Positions 38,241-51,343 of a DNA stretch of 64,000 nt are shown here, in pieces; the stretch's first letter is position 1, and every line of letters starts with the position of its first letter. The stretch is from Octopus vulgaris. Its lineage: Eukaryota. The position numbers and the translations under genes were made by a program. The notes under the pieces were generated by a model. The model was given only the letters and a program-made list of their open reading frames with translations, had not been told where the DNA came from and ran no database searches. The stretch covers positions 43,152,001 through 43,216,000 of the forward strand of contig OX597838.1 of assembly GCA_951406725.2 (NCBI GenBank), in the 5' to 3' direction.

Positions 38241-39469
38241 AAAGCTTCACTATGAAGAATAATCCCCACCTGTGGTTGTCCAGTTAAGCATTGGAGCCAC
38301 CCTTCACCCATCAAGGGTTATGACTTTGGCCATTATTTCAAGTTATGACTACCCTGCTTTACATGAGATCCAGGTTCAGTTGGTGTTGGCTGACAGTATC
38401 TGGAACTGGCCCCTATTCAGGGTAACAAATTCCCATTCACCTCTAAACATTGAAATTTGGTTTGCATATTTATCCATCATAGTTCCAGGCCTGTGTGGAG
38501 ACAGAAGGATGGAGTGCAAGGTTGGCTGCTTTGCTTTCAGTTTTCAAATTGCTTCAGGAATGAATAGATTTAATCATTTGTTAACAAGGCAATGAGGAGT
38601 TGGCTCATTTGCTACCACAATTATGAATGGGTGGGGCATCGGAGGTGGAGCTAGAGTTAAAGGTCGAGCTAGAGTTAAAGAACACTTGTCTGTCCAGTGC
38701 CAAGAACCCAACTGCTCTCAAAAATTAAGTAAAAAAAACAGGAAAAATAATCCAGAATCCTTGTCTGGTACTGGATTGATCCCAAAGTCTAACCAGCTCA
38801 TGCCAGTCATGAGGCCAAACATCCCTGACAGTTTCATCTGAATCCATTCAGCAGCTCTTGAGGTATCTTGCCCACAGACAAACAAGCATGACAGAAAACA
38901 ATACCTCTGCCTTCGCTAATAATAATGAACTAAACGACCTTCCACCCATGCCCTTTGGCTTGGCAAAAAGAGTTTGACTTAGACACACTCCAATGCACCT
39001 ATGTACACCTACACCACTCCCTATAAGGCGGACATCCTGCATATAACTATCTCCCACCCACCCCAGTACAAGCACCCTCATGCAAATTGTACCCCCACAT
39101 ATACACAGACCCCACACACAGTCATTGTACATTACGCACCCCACAACTTTACCCTTTACAGAAAGAAAACAGACCAACAAACACAGCACTGTATATACCT
39201 ACACCCCCAGAAAATATTATACATATGACACCGCTACACATACAACACACCCCATCCCTGCAGGGACACTACATTATTAATACACACTTTCCCAACTTCA
39301 AGATAACTCTTGCTGGCTTCACAACATACCTAACCGAGGGACATAACTCCTAGCCAAATCCCCCTGGTCCATTTTTTTGTTCCACCACTTTTTTTGCAGT
39401 AGCCGCTAACCGGTTGTGCTAATCCAATTGAGAGACAATAGAGAGCATTCGCTATATTCCCTTCCATAT

Positions 39470-39580
39470 TGGCTACCTCTCATGAGCGTAAAGTCATATA
39501 ATCGGATTGTTACCTAACACTCCATTGTATTTTTACATGAAACCAATTGGTAAGACCAGCTGTGATGGATATTTAATACA
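39470..39580 (+). ncRNA. Decayed minimal hammerhead ribozyme motif
   Basis: CTCATGA (39479-39485, G5 mutated), stem II gcgtaaa/tttacat, GAAACCAATTGGTA (39539-39552); homologous to 2795-2900. Confidence 0.5.
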
Positions 39581-39779
39581 ATAAAATTCGGATAATATAC
39601 CCACTCTACTGACAGTTATATGAGTGCATCTTCTCCCAGACTTATGGCCTGTTAGACAACTCACACATGTATTTATATACAATATATAGAAACTTAGAAT
39701 GTTTTCAGCCATTATTGGCCCAGGTTATGACTTAATAGCAACACCTGAGGAGGTCTTTTAAGTCACGTTTTGGGACACC

Positions 39780-40330
39780 ATGGACCATTTGAGCAAAAAG
39801 TTGTTGGCTGAGATGTATCTAGGTGTTGTTGGTTTGTTTAGTAGTTCTTGTCCAGGAACTGTTTGAATGTCATGGGGCTTTGTTAGTACTTCAGTTTCTT
39901 TTGGTATAATGTTGAATAAAGCAGGACATTTTGAGGTAAAAAAGTTGTGCCATGATCTTATGTGATGTGAACTCTACTTTTGTAGGGGACACACAGCATT
40001 GGGCCTTAGCCATAGGCAACTCGTAAACTGATACCAGCATTGTTTGGATGATACTGGTGGAATATTTTCCACATTGTACTAGTAATGTAGTCTTTATGAC
40101 CGAGAGGAGAAAATAGTATAGTGCTCATGGTGGCATTGGGGGAATAGGGTTTCAGTTTTTTGAGGCAAGCCCAATAATCAAGGTCTGTCGTGCTATTTAT
40201 GTTTTTTGTTGTGAATGATCTCTGTAATGCTTCAATCCTCATTATATCTTGTTCTGCGTAAGGGGACCACAATGAGCAGCAGTATTTGAGGTGAGGCCTA
40301 GCAAATGTGGAGAACAGAAGGATGCTTGCT
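39780..40330 (-). mobile_element. CR1-clade LINE 3' fragment
   Basis: LFSTFARPHLKYCCSLWSPY..DIMRIEALQRSFT..LDYWACLKKLKPYS. Confidence 0.8.
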
Positions 40331-40559
40331 TCATACATATATATATATATATATATTGGATAATAAAATGAATGGTTTACACCTGATAGCTTACTGGTAA
40401 AGCACAGTCACTTTTACAGTGACCGTTATGTATATGGCAAATGGAAGACTAGTTGAGTCTCTCACCCAATGAGATATATCTGCACTGCCAGATGCTCCTG
40501 AACTCTGCTATGTTCTTAACAGTTCATAAATAACTAATCTATATATATGTGTGTGTGTG

Positions 40560-41850
40560 TGTAGTAGCAGAGAACTATATTGGATTGCCAGAAGGGAAGC
40601 TAGGAGCCAGGGGAGAAGCAGAAAGGAAGAAGTTTGCCAATGTTCTGCAGTGTGAGGGCCAAAGGCTTGAGGTGTTTTGGTTTGCAAGACATTGTGTCAG
40701 AGGTAATTATGATGTTGTAGGAAAGAAGTGAGTTCACATGGATGATGGCTCACTTGCAATTAGTGACTCTACATCGAAAGGGCCTTTGAAGGAGGACTAT
40801 GAAAGGCTGCTAAATGTAGAGAATGCTTGGGAGGGACCAGCTATCTGAATCAACAGTAGCTTGATAGATAAAACAATTAAGGATATGAAGATATGGAAAG
40901 TCCCAGGCTCATCAGGAATCACCACTGAGATGCTTAAAATATCTGGTGGTGTGGGTTATGGTCTAGTCCCCTATATCGTCAATCAGGTTGTCTATGAGGG
41001 AGTCATACCCGATGATTGGTGTAACAGCATCATGGTCAGCTGCTATAAAAGTAAAGGCGACTCCTTGGACAGAAATAATTACAGAGGTATCAGATGATAC
41101 CAGGTGATGAAAGCTACAGAAAGGGACATACCTCAGTTAATTAGGAAGAGAGCTCGTCTGGATGCGATGCAGTTTGGTTTTGTGTCGGGAACAGGCACTA
41201 CTGATGATTTCTTCCTGGTGAAGCAACTGCAGGAGAAGCATTTCACCAAATATAAACCTCTGTACTTGGTTTTTGTTGACATGGAGAAAACCTTTGACAG
41301 GGTCCCTCATCCCCTTATCTAGTGGGCAATGCTGAAGCTGGGGATAGATGTGTGTGTGTCTGTGGTGAGAGCTGTACAGGCAATATACAAGGATGAAAGT
41401 TGGTAATGAGCAAAGAATTTAGCGTACAGGCAGGAGTTCACCAATGATTGATTCTCAGCCCCCTCTTATCATAGTCCTTCAAGCTATAACTGAGGAATTT
41501 AAAAACTGGCTGCCCTTAGGAGCTCCTATATACTGGTGACCTTTTTCTTATTGCTGTATCACTACCAGAATTAGCGAAGAAATTCCAGGTGTGGAAGCAA
41601 GGTCTGGAATCAAAGGGCCTTAAACTTAATTTAGCAAAGACGAAAGTCCTAGTAAGTAGAACTGACAAATCACTGATCTCTTCAGAGAGATGGCCCTGTT
41701 TGATATGCAGAAAAGATGTTGATAGAAACTCCATAAGGTTTATCCAGTGTAAACCATGGACACATAAGAGGTGCAGTGGTATGATGGGGAGGTCAACAGA
41801 GAAAGTAGTCTTTGTGACTCTAGGCAACCAAGTTAGCAGTGAAGGAAAAG
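40560..41850 (+). mobile_element. Decayed RTE LINE, same family as 28851-30920
   Basis: GVIPDDWCNS..YKSKGD..NYRGI; QFGF; VFVDMEKTFDRV; WKQGLESKGLKLNLAKTK..CLICRK..WTHKRCS. Confidence 0.9.
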
Positions 41851-42559
41851 AAAAACGTGTAATGGTGAATAAATAATACAAAAAAAAAATTTGTTTTAAT
41901 CTCCTGTATTGATATGTAATTACTGTGCAAAAACTATTTTCCAGTATTTTTCAACTCCTATTCATACCTCACTCAAATATAACATCTACATTCAACTTTG
42001 GAGTACTGGAATATGATATTAAACATCTTTAAAAAATGCAGAGTAACACAGATTTGATGGAAGAAAGTTTTCATGTAAGTGCTTTTCACTGTTTTCAGTT
42101 TCTCAAACATGTGTTGTGAGGTAATCTGTATAGTAGTAATAGCAGCTTTTATCAATTCTGGTTTAGTTTCAGATTGAAAATATTTTATAAAATACTCCTC
42201 CCTTGCCTGTCATAACTGACTGCTTTTTTTTATATTCTGAAAAAAAAAAAAAAAAAAAAGGAATATTTTGGATTTCTCATTTCCACAAATCTAGATGTTC
42301 ACCACATGCAACATTCCTAACAGTTTAGGCTTTGATTTGTTGTTTTATGTATCCTGACTCGGTCATTTAATTTTGTTCCTATTTCGCTAATACTGCAGTG
42401 TGGAAATCTTATGCACTAAATGAGGTTTTTTTTTTTTCTGTTTTGCAATTCATTATCTTTAAATTCTTCCTCATTCTGAATCTTTTGATTTCACCTTGTT
42501 TATTCCACAACAAAACTCCACATTTCATTTCCTGCATTGTTTTTTCTTCCAATATGATT

Positions 42560-43475
42560 TCATGTTTCTTAAGAATTTTTTTGAGATTTGGTGGTTGTCT
42601 TCTGTCTATAATCTATGACTATTTATTTTCTTAGATTCGATGACTGGTGTAAAGTTGGAAGGTATCATTTAGCCAAATGTTAGGTGTTGTGCTTTCTGGG
42701 ATTGTGGTTGACTACAACTAGAATATTTCTGTTTGTACCTCACCACTCTTTGTGAGAGTTTCTCTAAGTCAGATATTAGGGTTTATTTTGTCATAGCTAG
42801 GACATGATTTACTAAACTTTTCAGGTATTTTTGTCTCTGAAGGAATAATTTTAGTTCTGCCAGTTCTCTATCTTGTTTACTTGAGTTTATAGCTATTATG
42901 CATGTATGTCTTGCCATATTGAATGAGATATTTTTTTAAATATGGGATGGATGGCAAGATTTTTTGGTTTGTGTCTTTGCTATAGAGATTGGTTTTAATA
43001 CTCCCAATTTTTTTTAATTATCAAAATATCCAGATTGGCAAGTTCTCTTTCATTCATTTCCATTGTGAATTGGATTGATTTATGAATGCTACTGATTCAT
43101 TTAAGGAATCTTGGAAGGTTTTCTTCATGTCTGCTCCAAAATTCAAAACAGTCATTCAGGGGTTTTTTCTACTTTTTTTAAAAATAGGATTGGAAATGCT
43201 GATCAAAAGTATTTCTGGATTTAGTATAGATTTTTTTCTATTGTTGCAAATGTGGGTGCAACATTTGTATCCATTGCCATCCTTGTCAAGGTAAGATAAA
43301 AAAAAGTAGTAATCGTTTTCTTGCATCACTCTTAATCTAACTAGTATAAATATTTTCAGAATTTGCCTGATTTATGTGTGGTTATTTGTCTATCTAGAAT
43401 TCCACTGCCTTCAAATCCTAATCCACAAGGCATATTTGTGGAGAGGCCAGTCACATCGAAACTAATCAGGATCAT
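42560..43475 (-). mobile_element. Penelope-like element RT, decayed
   Basis: Minus strand, in order: LISFDVTGLSTNMP; MAMDTNVAPTFAT; FTMEMNERELANLDILII; LYSKDTN; SCHP..KNISFNMARH; RRQPPNLKK. Confidence 0.8.
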
Positions 43476-45114
43476 CTCTATATTTACTCTTTCAATCATA
43501 AACTAAATTAGAAATGGTGAAAACCACTACTACAAGCAATTACTACCATGCAGATTATCTTATCGTGTGTGATTGAGAATCTGTATAAATTGTTTTGGCT
43601 TCTGAAAGGATTTCCAAAGAAACGATGAACAATATTTTGTAGGGTTTTAGAGTTCAATAACGTCACATTTCTTGTATTTGAGTTACTGAATGAGTGTTTA
43701 TGTTGGGTGAAGCTAATTTTAGATGAGTTTTGGGCCTCGCAGAAGCAATGACCAAGACCTTTGGCATTATGTTGCGCTTGAGAAGAAAACCCATCAAGCC
43801 AAGTGAAATTGTAGTCGTGGCAGATACACAGGTGTCATGCAAATGGCACATAAAAGCACCCATTACTTCCTCGCAATGGTTGGTGTAAGAAACCATTCCA
43901 AATCAGACTACAGTATGGTGCAGCCTTCCAGCTTGCCAGCCCTAGTCAAACCATCCAACCCATGCCAGTATGGACAATGGACATTGAATGATGATGATGA
44001 TGATTTGCCATTAATTCTATATATGAAAATTATGGAGAAGTGTTATTGCACAGCTGCTGCCCAACATAGTACCTCTGTTGTGAGACATTTTTCTTGTATC
44101 TGTCATAGGTTATTCTTAGTGCCATTGAAATTTCAAATAATTATATTGTCAGATGGAAGTCGGGGGTGGGGTGGGTGTTTAATTTCCATTTGTTAGAAAA
44201 AAAATATTTGGGAGAAGTTAGAAGTGATGGAATATGTGTTTTATGTTGAATGAACCTGTTAGAGACAAAACTTCAAAGTCTTTGTTGAAACAATTTTATC
44301 AATAAGTTTTACTCTACGTAATGTATTGAGTTCTGCTTTCGGTAAATGTTTTGTTGTTTCTTGAGTTTATTAAATATACCAGATACATAATACATACTTA
44401 CACACTCGTGTTTGCTTGTGTATGTATAAATTAGAAAAAAAACACGTTTTATCAATTCAATAATGAACAATTAAATTATACCATTTAGAAAAATTACATC
44501 TTATAGAAAGACTAAATATAAAACAAAATATCTAACAATGATTAAGTAATGTGCATAATAATAAATAAAATGTATATATTTGGTGTATATATTTATATAT
44601 AATCATAATATCGACCAGACCATCAGCTGGTCCTAATCTGCTTCCAGTTCTGTCTTGATTTTGGCCCAAATTCTTTTCCAGTCTCTCGAATGCCACTTGG
44701 CAACTGCGTGGGTTCACCTGTTGTCTGTGAATCTTGCAACATGTTCAACTATTCCTGGATGTTACACCCTCACCATCTCTCTTTTGCCCTCTGGGGGACC
44801 ATATGTTCTCTTCAGAAAGACACCTGCTCCTGACCCCTCCCCTCATACTTTCACATCCTGCAATGCTTATACCCCACTCAGTTGAGGGGACATTAACCTC
44901 GCAAGCACTTGGTGACCTCACTGCCGATGGTTCTACAAAAACGCACCCAGCACACTCTGTAAAATCGTTGGCATTAGGAAGAGCATCTAGTTTCCAAAAA
45001 CCATGCCAAAGCTGACATAGGAGCTCAATGCATCCCACTGGGTTGTTGGTTCCTGTCCATCCATGCCAGCATAGCAGAAAGGGGTGTTAACTGATGATGA
45101 TGATGAGATGTGTG

Positions 45115-45152
<38 letters not shown>

Positions 45153-45206
45153 TGTATGTATGTATGTATGTATGTATGTGTATATATGTATGTGTATGTA
45201 TGTATG

Positions 45207-45248
<42 letters not shown>

Positions 45249-45679
45249 TGTGCAAAATGCATGTACATTGTTTGCGCTTATGGCGGTATGTGCAATGTAT
45301 TTTCCACTTATTTCCATTCAGTCTGTCGCCACTGGTGATGAGAAAGGGTTTTTAATAACTCATACCATGAAATCTATAGATTTGGGATTATCCAAATAAT
45401 TTTATAAGTCCTCGCTGTCTATTTTCCTCGCTTACAACCTTGTGTAGTGGAGTAATAATCTAAGGGGTTCAGAGACCTTTTGGGGTCTATTTCTAGCAGA
45501 CTGGTAATGAAATCATTCAACACCCCTATTATAATTTTAATATAAATTAACCATTATGGTATTTTTAGTATGCTGGCCACTGATGAATCATTAAATAGTA
45601 ATTTTATCCTAATTATTTATAAATATATATATAGGTGTATATATAGGTATATAACCATCATCATCATTATCATCTTTCT

Positions 45680-46069
45680 CACTGTGTGGCACCTTGGGCA
45701 AGTGTCTTCTTACTATAGCCTTGGGCCGACAAAAGCCTTGTGAGTCAATTTCGTGGACAGAAACTGAAAGGATCCTGTCATATATATAATGTATGTATGT
45801 GTGAGTCTGTTTTTCCTTCACCTCCAATTGACAACTGGTCAAATGCAGTTGAGCAAAAGAGACCAATAGAATAAGAACTTAGCTTTAAAAAAATAAGTCC
45901 TGGGGTCAATTTGTTCAACTAAAATCCTTCAAGGCAGTGCCCCAGCATGGCCACAGTTAAATGATAAAAGATATATTTAGATATAAAGGAGAAAGACTGA
46001 AAATGTCGACTAAAAAGCACATAGCACCCGCTGGCGACTGCCTGAGTTACCGGTACCTTGAGCCGGCCC

Positions 46070-46117
<48 letters not shown>

Positions 46118-46910
46118 CATACATACATACGTGTATGTGCACCGCCTTTAGTCGAGCAAATCGACCCCAGGACTTACTCTTTGTAAGCCTAATACTTATT
46201 CTATTGCTCTCTTTTGCCGAACCACTAAGTTACAAGGACACAAACACACCAACAATTGGTTGTCAGGCGATGGTGGCGGGGGGATAAAACAGACACAAAT
46301 ACATACATATATATACGAAGGGCTTCTTTCAGTTTCCATCTACCAAATCCAGTCACAAGGCTTTGGTCAGCCTAAGGCTATAGTAGAAGACATGCAGTGG
46401 GACTGAACTTGGAACCATATGGTTGGCAAGCAAGCTACCTACCACACAGTCACTCCTGCGCCTATTTTACGTATTTCAATAATTACACTACGGCCATTCT
46501 GGGGCAACACCTTAATGAATTTTTATACAAATGAATCGAGCCCAGTCATTTTTTTTATTAAAGCCTGTGCTTTTTTTTAATCATATCGTTCTCTTTTTGG
46601 CGAACTACCCAAGTTACGGGACGTAAATACATCAACACCGGCTGTCCCGTGGTAGTTGGGCACACAGACATACAATCTATATATATATAAATAAAAATTA
46701 TAAATTTATATATTGTGTTTGTATATCACGCACACCAATGTGTAGAGGTTTCAAATTTCGGCCCAAGGAAGGCAATTTCATGGCAGGGCTAAGTCTATTA
46801 GCCCGATCCTAGGGTTAAACTGGGGAAATAGGCGGAATTTGAACTCAGAACGTAATGACAGACGAACTACCTCTAAGCATTTTGCCCGGCGTGCAACTCG
46901 TCGCCTTCAA
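45680..46910. mobile_element. SINE cluster (family A +, A -, A -, B -)
   Basis: Family-diagnostic motifs at about 45680-45965, 46140-46465, 46490-46670 and 46745-46910. Confidence 0.8.
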
Positions 46911-47299
46911 ACATATATTTCAAGTTGTAAGCCACAATGTTGAAATTTTATATGGGGGAGGGACTCATCTTTTCAAGTCAAACATTTCATGGAGTTATGT
47001 CTAATCTGTGACTGTCCTCCTAATTTGTTTTCTTTCTTTCTTTTACTCCCGATAGAATAAAATAGAAAAGCAAAAAAAAAAAAAAAAAAATAGTAATAAT
47101 AATAATAACTCGACAAAACTAATACTGCTTTAGCTGTGCCCCTCCTTCAGCACTTCAATGTGACTCTGGGAAAAGTTTCTGTTTTGAATAATAATAATTT
47201 AATTATATAAATTTGTAGGAGTATTTTCTGAAAATAGTAATTGTAGACTTCAACTTCATTTTAGGCCATATATTCTGTTAAATTTGTATATTTTTTATG

Positions 47300-48203
47300 A
47301 AGCTCAACACGAACCTTACGAGATGGCTTCGATGCAACAATTTCTGCGTTAATAGACGTTCTCGGTGCAAAGCGAAAAATTGTCAGAATTTCTTTAAAAA
47401 GCAACCTTTTTATTTTTAATATAGAGTAAATTTCATAGTATTGTATTTCAGTATATTTCAGGTATTTTCATAAAGACAGGCGAGACCGGATATCGCTCGC
47501 ACTGGTAACTTCTTTTAATCCGTAGACGCACCAAAGTAGCTGAAAGTCCGACAGTTTCGTACATACCAACCACAGACAAACATTCATTTCGTGCTAACCC
47601 CCCCCCCCCGGTTTTCTCTTTACATCTAAATCTACTCCTTACTTTTTTGTTTTCTCTATTCAATTATTTTTATTTCTTCTCTTCCTCTCACCTCTCCGTA
47701 GTTTTTTCTTTTTCTTCACCGTGTAATAAACAGAAAGAAGACGAAGAAGAAGAAGGCAGGACATGCCAGAGCGACCTTCTCGCACTTGCTTCAGTGTTAT
47801 TTCCTGAGAAAGCAAGGCGGTGGCGACGGTGGTGGTGAAATAAGTGAGATAGTTACAGAGGATTGTAGTTAAGAGGTCGGTGGAGAGGATGGACTTCCGC
47901 AAACTTCACTTGGTTTATTTATTTTTTTACCTATTTATTTCTAGCGTGTGAAAATTTCCCACGGCTCCTCTCTCTCTCTCTCCCTCCCCCTCTCTCTCCC
48001 TTCTTCTCCTCCTCCTTCGTCGGTCTGTGTCTTTCTTTCTGTCTGAAAGTCTGTCGTTACCCGCGCCTGGTTTCGTTTGACCTGTTGTTGTTGTTGTTGT
48101 TGTTGTGGCTTTTTAAAAATATTTTTATTCATGTTATTGAGTGTTACGAGGATGAATCGAGGATCGTATCACCTACCTACCTACCTACCTACCTATCTAT
48201 CTA

Positions 48204-48236
<33 letters not shown>

Positions 48237-48560
48237 GTGCATTTATTATCGCACACACGTACACACACTCACTGACACTGACAATCCAATGAAGACCAAG
48301 CAGGCCGAAACTTCGGAGTTACTATCAACATTATTCTTGTTAAAGAGTAATAAATATCTACTCGAGCAAATCCTTCACTTTAATGTAAAAACTGCTTTTA
48401 TTATAACACGACATAGAAACCCATATCACACACACGTGTGTGTGTGTGTGTGTGAAAATGAAGGTTTTATTATTCGAAAGCGACGTTGACTGATGGCGGC
48501 GGAGGAGGAGGAGGAGGAGGGGGGAGGGCGATGACTCAAGCTGAGAGGGAATTCATTGTA
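47300..48560. promoter_or_regulatory. Second CpG-enriched region, possible promoter or 5' exon
   Basis: No interspersed repeats; raised CpG; ACTTCCG near 47893, GATGGCGGC near 48492, TGACTCA near 48532. Confidence 0.35.
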
Positions 48561-48724
48561 AAGTTCAAGTTGACGAGACTATGAGTGTGTGTGTGTGTGT
48601 GTTTAGATGTTTGTTTTAAGATGTATGTATGTGTGTGTGTGTCTGTCTGTATGTATGTCTGTCTGTCTGTATGGAGCACACGGACAGAACAAACAGAAAG
48701 GCAGAAATGCTTAGAGTCATATTT

Positions 48725-49410
48725 GGTTAATGTTTATTCCAACACCCGGCCACCAAAAAAGAAAAAAAAAAACAAGTGTAAAACAGGTGTAAAAACAATG
48801 TGGGATCTTTTCGGTTTGACCGGCAGTTTTTTAAAATAATTTCCACGTAACTAAAAAATTTTAAACTTCGTATACTGGTAGAATGTGTTTATAAAACTTT
48901 TTCTCTTGGCTTTATTGAGAAAATTCTATAGTTTGTAAGATATATGTTGTTATTTTTCTTCATTTTATGTAATTTCAACCAATCAATGACGTCTGTTGAG
49001 GTGAAAACATTCTGTGCCGTATTAATATGTCCCTCGTTTAAGAAACAGATTGGGTTTATTTATATTTCTGAGGAAAAAAAGATGCCCTTCCCCCACCCCA
49101 CCCCTAACCCTAAAACAGATTGAAATGCAATAGATCGATACTAGGGTCATAATTATGGGTGACAATTTCATGACACCGCTAGAAAAAACTGCCTTTCAAA
49201 CCGAAAAGATCCCAAATGTGTATTAAACGAATATAAAAACGAAAATTTGCGACAACGAACGGGGGGTGAGTGGGTGGGGAGAGGACTTTCGGAAAATTCA
49301 CAAGATCCGATTTTTCTCCTCATAACTTTCATGAAAATGGATAACTTTTAATGAAATTCTATATAAATACCTTTCAAACGGCATAGATTACGATTATAAA
49401 GAAATTTGTG
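48725..49410. mobile_element. One arm of the long-TIR DNA element family seen at 55611-57030
   Basis: Colinear with 55611-55870 once the 48802-49213 insert is removed. Confidence 0.75.
48802..49213. mobile_element. MITE with GGGATC termini and ~6-bp TSD
   Basis: ~31-bp TIR gggatcttttcggtttga..ggcagtttttt; flanks caatgt / aaatgt; empty site visible near 55685. Confidence 0.85.
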
Positions 49411-49546
49411 GGAAAAAATTTTCCCGAGAGGGTTGGAAAAGACCTTCGAAGAGAAAAATTCATAAATTGTTTTTTGCTTGAGTGCAATGGACAAAAGTTT
49501 TTTAAAAAATGTTTACATTCATTTATTTTTCGTTTGAGTCATATAA

Positions 49547-49918
49547 TCTCTCTATATATAAACGGCAGTTTGTCTGTGCGTGTTTCTGTGTGTCTGTTTT
49601 CTCGTACCTTCACCCTGACCACGGCTTTCAACCGATTCTGATGAAACTTGACACACACATAGCCCAATGTCATAATTCAAAACTAACGCAGCGAAAATTT
49701 TGAAAAGTTCCCTAGTTCTGAAAAAAATCGATAAATTCGACATGGGGGTCGAGAATCAGAAACACAAACCACAGACTGTCTAGGGGACGCAACTCGACCT
49801 TTTTAACTAAAAAGAAAATTGACCATAATTTTTTTTCCATTTTTTGGCTATAACTCTCTAAAAATGCTTTATAGTTATTTCCCTTACAAACCCGAGCAAC
49901 ACCGGGCGATACTGCTAG
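49547..49918 (+). mobile_element. Non-autonomous Helitron
   Basis: A|TC start; subterminal hairpin cccg-agcaacac-cggg; CTAG|T end. Confidence 0.85.
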
Positions 49919-50437
49919 TAAGGTTTTAAAAAAGATCCCAGCCGTGGAGATGTGCTATAAACAACAGCTAAGTCGCCCTTAACTTTTTTTTCCATAGTGA
50001 AACCATATTCAACACCGAATTTATGAATTTGTTTCTCTCGCCATGATACATGGTGTACATATATACATACACGTATACAGACACAGATATGTATACATAG
50101 ATACATACTTATGTATTTATGTATGCACACGCACACACGTATATGTGCATGCATACATATATGCATATATATATATATATTATATATATACATTTACGCA
50201 TACATGTATATGTAAGCATATATATATGTACACATATATCATCAGCATCATCATCGTTTAACGTCTGTTTTCCATGCTAGCATGGGTTGGACGGTTCGAC
50301 CGGGGTCTTGGAAGCCAGGCTCCAGTCTGATCATGCTGTGTTTCTACAGCTGGATGCCCTTCCTAACGCCAACCACTCCATGAGTGTAGTGGACGTATGC
50401 GTATATATGTATGCATATGTGTGTGTGTGTATATATA

Positions 50438-51343
50438 CTAGGTGTGTTCAAAAAGTATCCAACCTTTGGGCATAAAAAGAACATGTCACAAATTTTATTC
50501 AGTCCCCTTCAAAATGCTCCCCTTGGGAGTTCACACACTTCTCCCAGCAGTTCTGCCACTGTTGGTAGCACCTCTGGAATGCCTTCTCTGGAATACTATG
50601 GAGCTCCACTGTTGCTTTCCTTATAATTTCCTCTTGCAACATAGATTGCCTTTCAGTGTAGTTTCAGTTTGGTGAAGGACCAGAGGTCACACGATGCCAA
50701 GTCGGGAGAGTTGGGAGCCTGTCGAACAAGTGGTGTCCTTGACCTGGAAAGCTTGGATTACGAGCTCTGTTCAAAAAGTATCCGCCTTTATCTTTCTGCT
50801 GACACTCTCCACATGCACAAATCCTCTCTTCAAATGGAAAGAACTGATCCTGTGCTCATTCCCACTTTCTAAGCAATTTCCTGGATTGCAACATGACAGT
50901 CTTCCATGATTGTATGTGATCCTTCTTAATTGTCTACTCATTTCAGCTAGTAAATGTCCTGCCTGAGCATGCCTTGCTCTCCACTGAGCTGTGGCCATGT
51001 TTGAAGCAGTTGTACCATTCCTTGATCTGAGTTTTTCCCATGGCATCATCTCCAAAGGCTTGCTGAATCTTCTGGATGGTTAGAACTTCAATACCACCGA
51101 ACAATTGGCAAAACTTGATGCCACACCCCTGTTTGACACATTCGCTCATCTTGTGCAAAAAGGAAAATCCAACAGATGCACCCTGTCCGTACTCTAGGCA
51201 TAACAGCCAGGAACTGATGCAACCTACCAGTGTTAAAATTTTCATGCATTCACAGGAAGGGTGTCGTCACCTCCCTCTCAAAGGATTTTGTCCATGCAAC
51301 ATTAGTTTTGGAAAAATTTTAAATAGTTTTTGAACGCACCTTT
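50438..51343 (-). mobile_element. Mariner transposon remnant(s)
   Basis: TIRs aggtgtgttcaaaaagtat / atagtttttgaacgcacct. HTH region IKFCQL..IQQAFGDDAMGKTQIKEWYNCFKHG..SGR, and APNSPDLASCDLW (YSPDL motif). Confidence 0.9.

Noticed and set aside
42399-42425. Possible micro-exon after ctgcag
   Set aside because: The donor (GTTTTT) is very weak and there is no other support.
49102-49113. Telomere-like (CCCTAA)2
   Set aside because: Only two units, internal to a MITE.
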